DNA of 62,984 nucleotides from NCBI GenBank assembly GCA_023231475.1, contig JALJEE010002469.1, forward strand, positions 62,001 through 124,984, written 5' to 3'. The stretch is from Seison nebaliae (taxonomy: Eukaryota). Below are positions 12,262-27,450 of the stretch, piece by piece; the stretch's first letter is position 1, and the number at the start of each line of letters is the position of its first letter. Both the position numbers and the translations under genes were made by a program. The notes below the pieces were generated by a model. The model made no database searches and was not told where the DNA came from. It saw only the letters and a list, made by a program, of their open reading frames with translations.

Positions 12262-15200
12262 CTGACGATTGTTAAAGAAAAGAATGTGGAAATGGATAAA
12301 AATGATTAAATGAGGACAAGCCATTAAATGAGGAAATGGGAGTGAATAGTTAATGGTGGAAATAATGTTAGAATTTCACACGATCATTCCGTTCGTTCTG
12401 ATAAAAAGGACGAACCATATTTTCTTTTCACGATGACCCAACATTACCGTATAAGCGATCATATAAAGGTTTTATGTCCGTAGAGTTCACGTAATAAAAG
12501 AATTCATTTGCAAAATAGTTAGTTTTTAGTAGACAACGAATGAATTATTCCATAGAATGGGAATTGTATGAGACGAAACACGACAAATTTGAGGACATGA
12601 CGACTAACATGGACGACGAAGGTCATTCAACGAGAGAATTTAGAGCAGAACAAAAGAAATTTTTGATGACGTTTACTAAATGTGGGAAGGGAATATTGGC
12701 TTAAATAAAAACTTCATTTCTAAACAATTTCTATTTTTCTTCAAATTGGAAAATATATTAAATGAATGTATAGTATTTATACGAAATGTTATTAACGTTT
12801 GAATGTATAAACGGTAATTCGTCGGTGGTGAGGATATGTTTATCCGCTCACTGCCATTCCTTCCATCATCGAATGAGAGACGAAGAAAACGAGTTTGGCT
12901 GAAGTTATTTCCATCCTAATTCGTTTCCGAATATTTCCCAAATTTTAACTTTCCTTTTTAATTCCGATTTTCTCCAAAGATGGATGAAAATGATAAGTGA
13001 AAAGTTATTACGAGGAGACAAATTATAAAGATTGTGTTTAATCTATTTCTTCTCTCTTCTCTATACTACTATACTACACAGATAGAATAGTCGTTGCATA
13101 AGTGTTGATTAAAATCGATTGAAACTGTCAATGAAATTTGATAAGATAAAATTGAAAGTTATTAAAATAAGTTATGTCTCATTTCGACGCATGCGAACCT
13201 TTCGTTATCGTTAACTATTTCTTCGACTGGTGTGGGGAGAAGACGATGTTATATGTAAGTCAAGTATGTCGTAAGGTAAACAAAATGGATAATGATCACC
13301 ATTCGTCTCTGAATCATTTAGTTAAATTAGTCACGACAAAAGAAGACAAAAAAATGATTTTGCGCATCTTACTACAATCGTTGTGAACAATCCTTCTACA
13401 TATGAAGATAACTAAAAATGAGAACGGATGATGTGAAATGTGAAATGAGAAAGGTTAAATGATGGGACGAATGATGACGACGATTCTCTTCGTTCTTTCC
13501 AAATGATAAGTAAATGATTTATTAGAAAGAAATTGTTGGGTCACTATGATAGAAGAAAATGAAACGATACAATGAACTATATTGAATTGATGGAGAAAGA
13601 AGAATGAAATATACTTTACTTCATTAGAATCGTGTTGACAATATGGAAAATTGAATAAGAGAATGAGGATAATATTCGCATTCTCCAGTTTTTGGATAAA
13701 ATTCGAGTGGAAATCATAGTAGCGATGATAGTAGTAAATAGAGGACGAAATGAATTGGAGATGATAATTATAGTTAACAAAAATAAAAAACAACATCACG
13801 TAAATGTTGAGCGTCCGAATAAATGACGAAAAAAAAAGGTATTATCGGTAGCAAAACAAAAATTTCCTTACCTTACGTAATTGTTATGGTTTAAGTGTTG
13901 CGTCCGAATTTAAAGTTAGAAAGTATTTTACTTAGCGTTAGAAAGATACAAATGTTTCTCATTAATTCAAATGAATAATTCTTTTCTTTCGAGACCTACA
14001 TCTCACATCTTCATTTGCCTTCCTCTTCTCTCCGATATTTCGTGATTTTTGGATTAAAGATGAAATACATATTATGAACATAATATGCAGGAAATAGACC
14101 GTTTAATCGGAACACCATTAAATTCAATCGTAACACTTTAATTCTAATGGCTAATATGTCATACTTAAATTTAATTTACATTCAAATGGCCGAATGAACA
14201 AATCTATCACTTATCCATCATCTGGACATATATCTGATGTTTTCAAACGAAATTTTTCTTTTTTTCCATTCCCGCTCATCTCCTGAGGGGATGGATGAAA
14301 CTTCTCGAATTACCTTAATGAATTGTTCGAATTGTGTAAGTGAAAGAAAAAAGTGTTGTAAGAAAGACTAATCTATTGTTTCAGAATGAAAGATAATCGG
14401 ACGAAATTTGATTTAGAAGAATGATACAGTTTTTTGGAGAAAAAAAGAATTTATAAAGAAAAAAATATCTCGTCGAATTTATTAAGAAGAAATTCCCATT
14501 GAAACTTTCTCTCCCATTCATCGATGAATAAACGTATGATTATGACATAATCATCAGTAAGAAATGAAGATACGTGAGAAGATCATTCATCCTTCATTAC
14601 ATTACCTGAAACAAAGAAGGGGATATGATGTAGAAGAAGTTTGTTTAGAAATCATCTATTTACATTCTCTCTCACCTCGTAATGTTATTCATTTCACATC
14701 GTTAAAACTTTAACTAACTGTCGATGATTTTGATAAGTGTATTAATTTTCATTTAATTATCAACAAGACATTCCTCTTTCCTTCTCTGCAAATAAGTAAG
14801 AGAGCATATGAAATTCTTCTCGCAATATGGAAATCGATTTGGTTAAATGTTTGTCGTCTCTTCCAAATTCTCCACATCAAATATTCTTCAAGAAAGATGA
14901 TTGAACTTGATGAAAATTTTGATGAGTTGATAGAATGGAAGTTGAAATTATATGAAAAAAAATTCAATTTATCCCCAAAAATAAAACATGAAGTTCACCA
15001 GTCCACAAAATTTATTTATTGAGAAATTTTCTGAGAAAAATAATATTTAATCATTCAATTATTTACATGATTGGGGAGAGGCACGTGACTTATTAATATG
15101 GAATTATTTCGAGTTGAAAGAAAGATGTTGGCTTCCCGTCTTCTGTCCATTTCCCCGATGAACAAACGATTCATGGACTGACGGATTGGAGATGTGTAAT

Positions 15201-18200
15201 TTTCTGATTTACAATGATTTCAATCCATTTATTGAAAGAGAAATGAGAACGTGGGGGTCTATCCCAGATGAGGGAATAGTTCGAATTGATTATACCAATA
15301 TGCGGAAGGAATTTTCTTCATTCCTCTTCTTATTCTTTTTCTTTACGATTCGGTTGAAATGAGAAAACGGAAATCTGTTTCTTCTATATCGTCCTACGCT
15401 TCACTGCGACTCTTCAATTTAACTGTCTTTCCATTAAGAAATTGGTTAACCGGAAGTTGGTGACCGCTTCCATTCCTCATTCTTCTCTAACAATCACAAC
15501 TACAACAACGGACATCGTTTGCAGTAAATAAGTTTGACAGGTGTAAATGAATTGGTTAATCGGAGAATGATATGGAAGTCACTTCCATCAATGATGATGC
15601 AATGAGTTTGTAAGTTAACAGCTCGAATTAAGCGATAATTGATGGGATATACGTCGTGCACGACCACCACTTTCCATCGATTTCAAGATCGGTAAAGAAG
15701 AAACGAATGAAAAAGTAAAAAATTAAATTCTTATCTGATCTATTGATGGCGAATGATATTTATGCAGAGTTGAATATAATCATATTAATAATTTTCCTGT
15801 AGTTGAAAGAAGCAAGTGAAATTGAAAGTTTTCACTCGTTAAAATAATGGCAGTTACATCAAGCAGTAATATTCGAACATTAAATTGTATTGGTAATTTA
15901 TCGAAATGTGAACATTCGTAAGAGAACGATCATTATGTTCAATGACGTAGTGAATGAAATAAGCGGAAAAAAGATGATAAGTCTACTATCTCTCTCTCAA
16001 CGATTGTAATAACGGAAGCAGAAACCATTAATTTAGTGTACAACTAAACTTTCAACTTAACTAAAAACACATAGACACAAACTAGTACCATTCCATTTGT
16101 CATAATAGCGATGAACGGCGAAACGAGAGAAATTTCACTTCTCTTTTGGACTTGTTCGATTTCATTCTATTCAAACATACGTCATCTCTGCCACCAAAAA
16201 CCTTACTCTGAAATAAAATAAGAGAAAACATTTTTTTCAATCGACTACTTGTATGTCGATGACGAAACATTAAAGAAAACAGATTGGCATATGTTCGATT
16301 ATTTTACACCAGTCGTCTCTAATACATATATCCTTCACCACAAATTAAATTTCGCTCTATTGCATCAGAGAACGAATATAACGGCTCTTTCTTAATCAGA
16401 TTTATATGACAATTTTAATTATACATTCATTCTAAAACATACGGTATATTTGATATACGGAATAACTGATGTACAAGTAAATTATTCAACTTCTCACCAT
16501 ATGCACAAGAACAACAATAAATGCAAAATGAGGAGATTAAAATTGGGACAAGACATATCATCCAAGAAGTCTACATTTTCTTTGTGGTTCTGGTTGAAAT
16601 TGGTTGAATTGGAAAGATTTTCGAAAACGATCATTCTCTCTCAATCACTTTGGAGATATTGTTGAAATTGCATTGAATTACATCGAACATCACTTAATGT
16701 TTCTCAACGAACATATTCGGTTGTATGAAATAAAATTGTGTACGCTATTCATCACATAATTTTGTTAATCATATATATCCATTTCTTCAATGGAATGGCA
16801 TCATCAGCTGTGAATGAATGGAATGAACAGACTGAGAATATTTTTCGTGAGTTAACCCCTCTGAGGGAGAGAATAAAGAAAAATTCTGAATGTTTATTCA
16901 GCTTTGTCCTTCTTTTAATTACACCGAATTTGGGATGGTATCATTGGTGGATCACGTAGTCTGGTGTTGCATACGTCTCTATGGAAGGAAACGTTCATCA
17001 CTTGAACACCATTTGATCGATGTGATATTGAGAGGGAAATTACGAAGAAATACTATACGATATCCCTTAATTCGAAGGTTGTTTTAGAAAGGAGAGAAAG
17101 ACTTCATCAGGAAATTAGTTTTGGATGATTTCCATATGAATTAATAAGCAAATAGACATGAGTAGAGAAGGAAGAGGAAATGAATGAACTTAATGCAAGA
17201 TGCACCATGTTTATATGACTCTTCTTCCCATCAGCCATCAGTTAACTTTTTTTTTATTGAGTTCATATGATAAAGTTTGCCGAACATATTACAGGGAATG
17301 GTGCCATAGACAAATTGGATGGCAATGAACAGTAAACAGACATCCCTTTATTTAAAGCATTCCAGTCAAACACTCAAGTCATAGGAACCTGCTACTGCAA
17401 ATTGTTAGCAAACAATCTCGTAACCACTATCATCCTCTACTCAATTAAATATCATTCATTCCATTCGTTTATATTCCGGTGAGGATATGGAGGAGTTTGA
17501 AGAAGGAGATTTACTTAACCAATTCGTATACATGTTCCAAATCGAGTTTTAAAGGAAATAATAAATGGACATATTATTTCCAATCCTTCGCATTATTCTC
17601 TATCGCTATCGCCATTCTCAGAGGAAGAAATAAGTACAAGTAAATAAAGGAGAATGGAGAATGTTAATATTGTATGTTATTTTTTGGGAGACGGGGGTGT
17701 TATGCAAACTTTAGGTAGTCCTCGTCACCTAATCAACTGAACTAACAAAAAAAAATAATGAAATAAAATTCATGTTGAAAGAGGAAAAAATGGGATAAAC
17801 AAAATATTTTTTTCATCAAAATCGACGAATTTTATAGTTCAAAGTTTGATAAAAGTTTGTGAAGAAAATGTTTTATAAAGAAGTTAAATAATATGTATAA
17901 TTGAATGTTAGATGGAGAGATGAAAAATGATGGTAACGTATCGGGAATTATCCATTTCAATTCGATATTTCGATTTTAATTCAATCAATTCGTTGGGAGG
18001 ACCAATAGGAGAATAATTCCAATGGAAGAATTGTTGAGAGAATGTGTGTGTGAGAGGGTTTCCGCTGAGAAGGAAAATGGAACGCTTAACCAAACTACAT
18101 AAATTGACGTATCTGAAACAATTCAAATAAATATCGTTTGTGATTCATAGAATACTAGAGAGACATAGTAGACGATATTGCTTACATGATGTGTCGGAGG

Positions 18201-18902
18201 ATGAATCAACAAGTGAGTTGGAGAAATATTGGAAGGGAAAATGACAGACAGAAAAAGGAGGGAGTACGTCGAAAACGAACTATCAATCTTCAAGTATAAT
18301 TAAGATGGCGATATATTTATAATATTAACATTCATTCTCTCATTACACATAACGTTCGTCGACAATACATATCTTCGTTTCGAACCAATATTAAATCGCA
18401 TTGTTGTCGGCGTTTGAAACTGGAATCTGTTTTACTTTCTTCCTTACTTTAACTTGTTCAATGAATCTTATTTGTCTTTCCTGATTTACAAATCGACGAA
18501 TTTTACCTCGAATCGAATTTATTATTTTCATCTCTCATTGAAATTCGAATGAATTGATAAAGAAATGAATTCTGGACAATATTTTCTCGAATTCCTTTAA
18601 CTGGAATTTTGGAAGAATAATGAAGAAATTGTAAATTTGAGGAAAGGTTCTTTCTGCTGTTAAATCGAGTGTGAGAAGGCGAGGACGAGGAGAATTAACG
18701 AAATAGAGACATGAATCTGCATGGAAATATTTATAATATTCAAATGATTTTTGCAGAAACTTTTCCCAGTAAATTAATTTGTTCGATACACAATAAATTC
18801 CAATAATATATCTCAAATCTGAGAGAAAAGAAATAGGAGAAATGAGAGAGCATGTGAGGGAACGAAGAGAAGAATTGAGAATGTGGCGGAAGAAATTTCT
18901 TC

Positions 18903-18916
18903 ATTGCCATGACAAC
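18903..18916. promoter_or_regulatory. RFX X-box-like motif with no adjacent recognised gene
   Basis: ATTGCCATGACAAC (reverse GTTGTCATGGCAAT) matches the X-box upstream of KATNAL2 at 12 of 14 positions. Confidence 0.4.
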
Positions 18917-21046
18917 AAATTCCTTTCATGATCATATAAATAATTTCATATAAGTGAAATTATATAACAATTTCTTTTAACGACAATAGGAGCCTATAAC
19001 ACTCACTTGAGAGGAATGATAAAACTTGTTCAATTTTTTTCTGCTTACCCTCCCTCCATTTCTCCAACGGTCTCTCCCATCACTTCCTGAGCAATGATCG
19101 ACAATGAATTTTTAATAATCTCCTTCCTCTTCCATCAATCTTCTATCATCGTCAACTATTTTGTCACCTGACATAGTTAATTCTCATCTTTTAACAACAA
19201 CACCTCTCTCACTCTCTCTCTTGTATGTTGGAAAGTCTTGAAAAACTTTAAAATTTTCGATTCTTCAATTCGACAAGTGGGATCTTACAGTACTTGTTAG
19301 TATTTTTGACAAGTAATAATGTTTTATGTTTTCTTCTTGAGGTATTTTTTACTCCTGTGCCAACATTTGTGATTGATGTCATATTCTCATTCTCCCCACA
19401 GATTGACTAATAAAAGAAGAAGGAGAGAAAGAAAATAAAATATAGAATTATTTAGATAATAATATGGTGAAGATGAAATGTGATGAACAATCGCTTAGAT
19501 CGAAAAAAAGGGAGAAATAATTCAAAAGAAGATTGAAGAATATGAAAGAAAAGTTATGGTAATTTGCGAGATAGATAGAGAGTGAGAAAGTGTGTGGTCG
19601 TTTAAATAGAAAGAAGCAAAAAATATCGACAAATTGATGAGAAGAAAATTTTCAGTCGATTTTCAATGATACCAAACTGAAAAGAATGTTGTGCCTCTCA
19701 AAATAATAACAATGAAGAAAGGGAAGAGGTGATTGGAGTGATGTGATATGTACATACGGAATAGTTGTTGGTCAGAAGAAACATTAATTTGGAATTCATT
19801 CTCGTCGTTGAAATGCAAAAAAAGAAGAACAATCTTTTTTTACGATGAATATTTAAAATAAAAATCTTCTTCTGAAAATTAAAATATTTTTTAATTTTGT
19901 TAGTGTTATTGTTATTGTTGTTGTTGTTGTGGTTATTGTTTGTTAATTGCTAAAACGAAAATTTTTTTCTAAAATTGTTGATGTTGTTGTTGGATGAAGA
20001 TGTGGCAATGATGTGAGAGTATGAAAAATCGTCAAGAATTAAAATGAAAATTTTTCTTGACAATCGATTAATGGTCGGCGATTTGAAAGAAAAAGAAGGA
20101 AGGAGGGGAGAGGATAGAGGTATGAAAACAAGGTGATTAAAATAAATTTCTTACCGTCGATTCGAATGAGATTTTGAGAGATGATTATCGGGAGTGACAT
20201 CCATTTATCCCAAAAACTATTCACTGATCTACATGGAATTCTCATGAGGAAATGAGGTACATAGTAGCTGAACTCCAAACGAATTGGTCTCAACACTCCC
20301 AATAGTATTAATGGAATTAATCGATGAAGCAGTTTCATTAAAATCAACTTTTTTTTTTCTCAAAAATTATCAAATAGTATCGATTGCCGATAATTGAGCG
20401 ACAAAGCGGTTTTCTGTGAAAAATATGAACGAGAAAAGAGAAAAAGAACAAATAAAATATTTTTGCAGAATGACAATTTGCTTACGAGTTGTGGTCAGGA
20501 GATAAACCTTCTCTTCTCCCCAAAAATCTTCGTTCGTCGTTATTTATGAATTGATGAGAAAAACGAAGAAGTTGGAATTCGACAACGACTCCGATTCTGG
20601 GGAGAGATTATGACGATATAATAATAATAATATTAATAATAATAAAAAGAGGAAGAACGAGAATAAAATGATTTGAAGGTGTTCACATGATGATGGAGTG
20701 TGTTTGTGTGTTTGTGTATGTGTGTGATGAAAAATGAGAATTAACAAACGAGAGAGAAAAAGAAGGAATTATGAAATAGAAGAAGATCGAATTGGACATC
20801 GAAACAAGTCAGTTCTTTCTTGAGAAATTCAAATGAAATTCCAATTTTGAACATTTAACAACTAAATTAATTGTAAGAGAGAAGATGAATTTGAGGGACA
20901 ACTGACAAATAATCTTTCGATCCGTTCGCAAATGAATCTGATTATTGTCACGTTAATTCTCCAAAAAATATCTCTTCTGAACTTCTGATCTACTTTAGAA
21001 CTATTTGTCATTTCTAATCTGATTTTCATTCCATATTTTCTTCTTC

Positions 21047-24000
21047 TTACGACTTCTTCTCACACGCCTTCGTCAACACATCGACATAAATCGCTCCATA
21101 ACCATTACCAGCCAGTCTTTGTAATTCCGTTCTAGCCATATCATCGTCGTTGGAATTTAAGACATTCATTTGAGCAGTTGCCAATTCCAGATCACGATCT
21201 TCTGCACTCATCTTCTTTAGAGATCGTTGTCGTTTCTTCTCAGCTGATTAATGAAACGGATTAATGAAATTTCTCATGATTATTTCTAATAGAAACCTGT
21301 AGAATTATCGAGTGAGAGATGAAGTGTTTTCTTACCACTATCAATCTCAGCGTCTATCTCAACTTGTCCTATGAATTCATCTCTTGCTAATTCATTCTTA
21401 TCATATACCTAATGAAAATTAATTTGAAAATGATGAATTTGAATAAGACAAATTAACTTGTACGACAATCGGTTTCTTCGTTTTCTTTCGATAGAAAATG
21501 GCACTCATATTCCATTCAGGATTGTCTGAATTACTGACAGCAGCCGATTGAACATTCTCTTTATCACATTTAATTATCACATATGGATCCATATCTATTG
21601 ACATACATAAATTCAATTATCGTTAAATGAGAGAATGAAAAAAAAAACTTTTATTCGTTTCTTTCCCTTTCAATTTCTTTGGTTCTCCAATCACATTGGA
21701 TGGTCGATTTAAATTCTCTGCACGTTTCACATGAACTAAAGTTGAGCATTTTACAGGTCCAGAACAACATCCAACTTTTGGATGATCTTCAATCAATTCA
21801 CTATCGGATAGTTTTGATGATGATTTGGAGAGAGAGAATTAATAATAACGTCAAATTACAGAATTGATCCGAATAGATTCGTAGAAGGAAATTCCCGTCG
21901 ATATTCGGATCAAATGTTGACGGAATAATGACGTAACGTCCATAAGGCAAATAGGTGCGAAGGAAAACTGATCTGGTGTTGATGTAAGTGGAGACACCAG
22001 CTTTCGGTTTGATTTCTTTCAATCGATAAATTCGATTTTCTTCCACCTATTCATCCAAAACTCATATTATATAACAAAAAAAAAAGAGAATTGAATAAAC
22101 TTTCATAATGTAAAATCCGATTGTTAAATTTGTAATTCCTTGTCCTCTCACATAACGGAGATCGTGTTGAATCAAATTTATCAGAACAAGATCTTCTGAT
22201 TTAGAGATGTCAAATCGATACTAGAAATGAGAAAGTTAATGAAATTCTAAATTGAATTTGAATAATATGAAACTTGTGGATTATTGAAGAAAGTACTCTT
22301 ATTATTAATGCAACCGCCATTACGGTTTGGTGGCGACCAAGAGCCTATAGCTAACGCTTCACTCCAAGTCTTTCTTAAAGAGAAGAAAGAAGTGTTGACT
22401 ATTCGACAAATGGCGACGTCAGTGAAATATTGACAGAAATCAGAGAATTCCATCCAGAATTCTCCATCATCATCAAATGTTAATCCGAGTCGTTGTCTTT
22501 GATGATCGGGAACTTGTTTCCATTCATCGGAATTGTGAGACCATGGTCCATTCCATTCTTTATCACCCCATGGATTCCGAATTCGAATAAGCATTACTTC
22601 CTCTTTCACTCCTGCTAAGAAACTGAGAACAGCTTCTTCTCGAATTTTTAATCGTTTAACACTCGTAATTCCATAAGCATGACCTTTAATCAATCCACAT
22701 GGTAGAGTAACTTCCATTTGTTCGGCCGATTTAATGTTGATGGCACAAGCCATCAATGAACGATAATCATACTCATTCTTTAATAATTGAAATAATGCTT
22801 CACGCTTCTCAGCATCACGTGCATATCCACCATCAATGATACTTATCGGTTCAGCGACACCTCCTGTAAAGTCAGTGAGAGCTTCTTGAAGATTACCACC
22901 ATCCAAATTCTCATAACAGCCATTCAATTTCGCATAAGCTTTCTCCAACAAAGCACTCCAAAATTCATTTTTGGATTTCGAACGAATAAATATCAATTGT
23001 CCACCAATTGTTGGTAATTGATCGTCAATGACCACTTCGATCCATTCACCAAATCGCCAGAAATTAAAACGGAAAATTCCTTGATAATTCTTCGCATTAT
23101 CTTCATTCCATTCTTGATCTTTCCAATTAGGAATGACTTTATTCCAAATACTCTTCTCCGTCGCCAACACGGAACAAGCAGCGACGAACCAACAATTTCC
23201 TAATTGTCCTTGATAGACGTCATTCTGACTAATACCATCAACGAACAATTTAGGATTGGGACAAATATCCTGTTCGTTTTGATTGATAAAAAATGAACAA
23301 TTGAAATTAATTGATTAAATAAATTTAAATTAACTCCTGGTCTCTTCCAATCGATGCCGCGAATACTCTGCGAATGGAATAGAGATTTATCATCTGCAGG
23401 AAATTCGGGATCTTCAAATAATGTTTTCGATTTGAGTAGATCCTTTCGAATTTTGTTATAATCTTGATTCTTGAACTTTTTAGGTCGATCAAATAGTCCA
23501 GTGAGCCCAAGCTTCTTAGCCGCATCTAGAAGATTGGTTTGGGAGAAATAAAAGAAAAATTAAAAATTGATATAACGAAATAATTCAATTATTATTATTA
23601 TTATAAATAATATTATTATTATTATTTTCAATTTAATTATATTCCTTTTTGTCTGATGAGTTGATGAGTGAATGGAAGAGAGTTCACTATATCTTAATCA
23701 TAAATTCATTTTCTTCTCTCAACAATTTCATGTGAATGTGCAGAAGAGAAAGTGATTTGCTCTCAATTCTCGTTAATTTCAATTTGGCGTTTAGTAGAAG
23801 AAAAGGAAAATGTTGAGAGTTATGAAATAATTTTACCATTGCGACGAACGTTCTCCTTCTTTTCAGTGAGGAACTGCTGATTCAATGCTTTTGTTCTTGC
23901 TGTCCCTACACCGGCAACGGGTGCCTTCTTTCTTCCAATCGTCGATGTCTTATCAGCATCAATATTATTATAATTATGAATTCCCGAATATGCATGTCTC

Positions 24001-24137
24001 GCTGTGGGCGATAGAGAAGATTTGGTTATGGTGTTAGTGACTTTAAGAGGTCGACGTTCCTGCGGTTGCTCTCCTGTCGACTCATCGTTACAAATCAGCT
24101 GCGAATTCGCACGATACTCGCTGCCGTTATTGAACAT
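21047..24137 (-). CDS. CAPN5: Calpain-5 / TRA-3-type calpain (CysPc + CBSW + C2), ~800 aa, 9 exons
   Basis: Exons 24137-23837 (tentative), 23525-23335, 23269-22274, 22220-22101, 22046-21850, 21800-21649, 21594-21458, 21408-21297, 21243-21047. Catalytic triad motifs [12 protein letters not shown] and [15 protein letters not shown]; domain [16 protein letters not shown]-terminal C2 domain (MDPYVIIKC...[12 protein letters not shown]...VQVYDKN...DEFIGQV); no penta-EF-hand. Confidence 0.93.
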
Positions 24138-27100
24138 TTGGGAGGTATTTCCGGATTTGCATATACAGGTAGCTGTTGGTGAGCAATTAATAGAAATTTC
24201 GCTGTTTTATTCCATCCACAATGAATTCCGGAGATATTTAATAAAAACATTCAAATAACATTTTCATCAATTTGACAATAACAAATCATTTAAACAAAAA
24301 AAAAAGAGAGAGAGAGAAAAGATAAATGAAAAATACAAATAAATTATATAAATACAACAACAACAATAACAATAACAACGACGAAGACGATAACTGATAT
24401 CGATAAGAAATTGAAGAAAATATAAAAAAGAGTTGTTGTGGTTGTAATGGAATGGTAAGAAGTTTCTCGTCAGTCGAACGAAATTGATAGAGGAAGAAAA
24501 GTTGGAGATTTTTTTCCTTTTTATTCTTTACTATAATTAATTAAATAAATTTTCTGATGCCGATACCGTAACTGAAAATAATTGGTGGCCGAAAACAATT
24601 CCGTTCTCTTCCAAATTTACGGGGAGAGGAATTTGGGAAGGGGGAAAGGTTGAAGACGTTTGTAGATAACTCGTTTTTAGGATGTTCAGAAAAAAAGGAA
24701 TTAAGAAGAATTACGAATTTTCTCCGTCGGATCAATTTGAAAGAACAATCAGATCCTTTCAAATTTTTTCAGCAAATACGTAGAAAGAAAGAGCACATAA
24801 GGGAGTCAGTCAACATTAGTTGAACATTTGCACAATTTATTACACCATCAGTCAACTCTGATAGGCGCAGACTATCGATAGAACGGTCAACAACATTGAG
24901 ACGAAGGTCAATGTTACATAATAATGAACAGTTTTCATAATTTCTTTCTTTCTCACATGCAAAAAAAAAAAAGAATCTTTCTCATTCTTCTTCCATTCTT
25001 TTTCTCTGCCATTTCCATCAGACGATCAAACGAATAATAATGAAAACGGTAAAAAGAAATATACGTAAGAAACGAATAGGTAAGATGTCGGGAAAAGGAG
25101 AAACTAATCAGAAGGTCTCCATGTTTTTTTCTTCGCTGTCAAATGCGCATTTTTCAGATCATATGTCATTATCTTCTAAATAACTACAAGAACAAGAACA
25201 ATAACAAGAAGGAGAATAATTATATTAGCAACAAAACTTAACAATAACGACAACAATCGAAAGATAATAATGGAAGGAACGAGAATGATCATGAACGGAA
25301 TTATTATAAAACATTTTAATTAGCACTATTATTATTGGAACGGGTGGGAATGGTGGACGAAACGGAAATGTTAAAAAGAAGGAAAACGATAATTTGTTAT
25401 AGGAAGAGAATCGTCAAAGGAAATAAATCATCAAATTCAAATTGAACATCCATTTACCATATCACATCAATCTACATATTAACACATTCTCACTAATATG
25501 TGGAGTGATCGATGAAAAATTATTGTGATTACGTGAAAATCGATTGTAGGGAAATCAGGAAATATCATCATCGTCAGCGGAATTAATTGATAAAAAAACG
25601 TTTATTGGATATATTGAACTTCATTCTCTGAACGACAGTTCATCCGACATATCAGTCCAAATCCACAATTTACCCATGACATCTCCGTCTTCCGATCCTC
25701 CTCCTCCTCTCCCTCCAATTCAAATCAAACATGAAAATGACAAGAAATTATTAATCTCTTCCGTTTAATATGAAGAATTTATATATATATATTTTTTTTG
25801 AAGAAGACGATCTTTAATCGATATATGATGTATGTGAGTCGACATGAACATAGACCAACTTGATCTTATAGAATTAAGTAAACAAAACTACATTTGAAGA
25901 CCATTCGAAATCAGTCGAATTCAATTGGTAGACTTTGAACCTCTTTCCATCATGAAATTTTCGATGGGAAATTGAAATTGGTTTAATCTATTCAATTTTT
26001 TCATTATCATTCTGGGTTCGAATGAGTACAAATTTCCAGTACGAGTAAATGAATTTAAAAGAAAAGAAAATTTTAAAAAAAAGTTTTAAATGGATTTCTT
26101 AGAGAAAATTATTGAAAGAATTTTCTCCCAATACTCCCCAACAGAGGTATTATACTTTAGTAATGTATCTTTTATGGCACTGAATGGTCAAGTTAAATCG
26201 AACAGATGTTTAACTACTTATACAGTTAGACTGACACAAATAGATTTATAAACGAGAACACATTCACATACAGACGGATGTATATCAACATTTCCATATC
26301 GACACTTTCTCCATTTAAAATTAATGCACACCAGTATTTGCTATTCTCGATATTCAGTTAAGTCTTACAAGAATGATGATAGTGGTGTAGAGAGTGGAAT
26401 TACCTTCGCCATAAAATCGCACACTAATTTCATCCGTAATGAATATTTTTGCATAAGCTCCACAACAGTCTACCTATTAGTGAAAGAAAGGTGAACAAAC
26501 ATGAGGAGTAGTTGATGAACGATAAATTTTAATTAAACGACAAATTACTATTGGAAGAAAAATCATAAAAATGATAGTGATAATTATGAGAATTATTGAA
26601 TACAATGTCTAAGTTACATCGTTTAATAGTTTCAAGTGAGCCGTTCGATTGGACTCAAACTTCGTTTCGTCAAAGAACAAAACTGCCTTACTATTGCCAA
26701 AATTATCTTACAGTTTAAATTCGACAAACTGAATAATTGAATCAAACTACATCATTAATCACATTACGATAAGTCTTAAACATGGTTTTGACAATTAACT
26801 TCAAGTTGACGAGTTGTCGGTTAGATGGAAATCGATGAATGATAAAAATTAGTTATATGCGTTTCGTTGTCGATTTCTCATTGAACATTTTCAATAATGT
26901 TTGGTGGACGACGATTATGGAGAAATTTTCCCTAGTCAATGTCGTCAACTGGACGTTTGATAAATGAGAAAGATTACACAATATTATTAGGAAGAACGCA
27001 TTCAATAAGATCATGAATTACAATAACAATAACAACAACAACATCGATAATCCATAACAACAATAATGAGATGAATGAGAAAAGTATCGAACAATTACGG

Positions 27101-27399
27101 TAGAAATGAGATGAAGAAATATAATAATAATAATATTAATAGTTATTAGAAGTAGGAATGTTCACAATTATTCACGTTGAGGTAGAGTGATGAGGTCGAA
27201 GGATGAAGAAGCATCATATCCGCAACGCTAAATTCACCTCAAACTCAGAAGAAAGAAACTCATTGCATAGAGTTGTATAATAATTTTATTCGTACTCATT
27301 TCCTTTCATACACACATATGCACATGTTCATACAAAGAGACATCTGTAGAAATACTATAAATCGAGTGGTGAAAAATTAATTTTTCTTTTTGAGCCATG

Positions 27400-27450
27400 T
27401 ACTACTACTACTAATAGTAGTAGTAGTAGTAGTAGTGGTAGTAGTAGTAA
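27400..27450. repeat. Inverted trinucleotide microsatellite (TAC)n followed by (TAG)n
   Basis: tactactactacta-a-tagtagtagtagtagt... the two arms are reverse complements. Confidence 0.8.
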
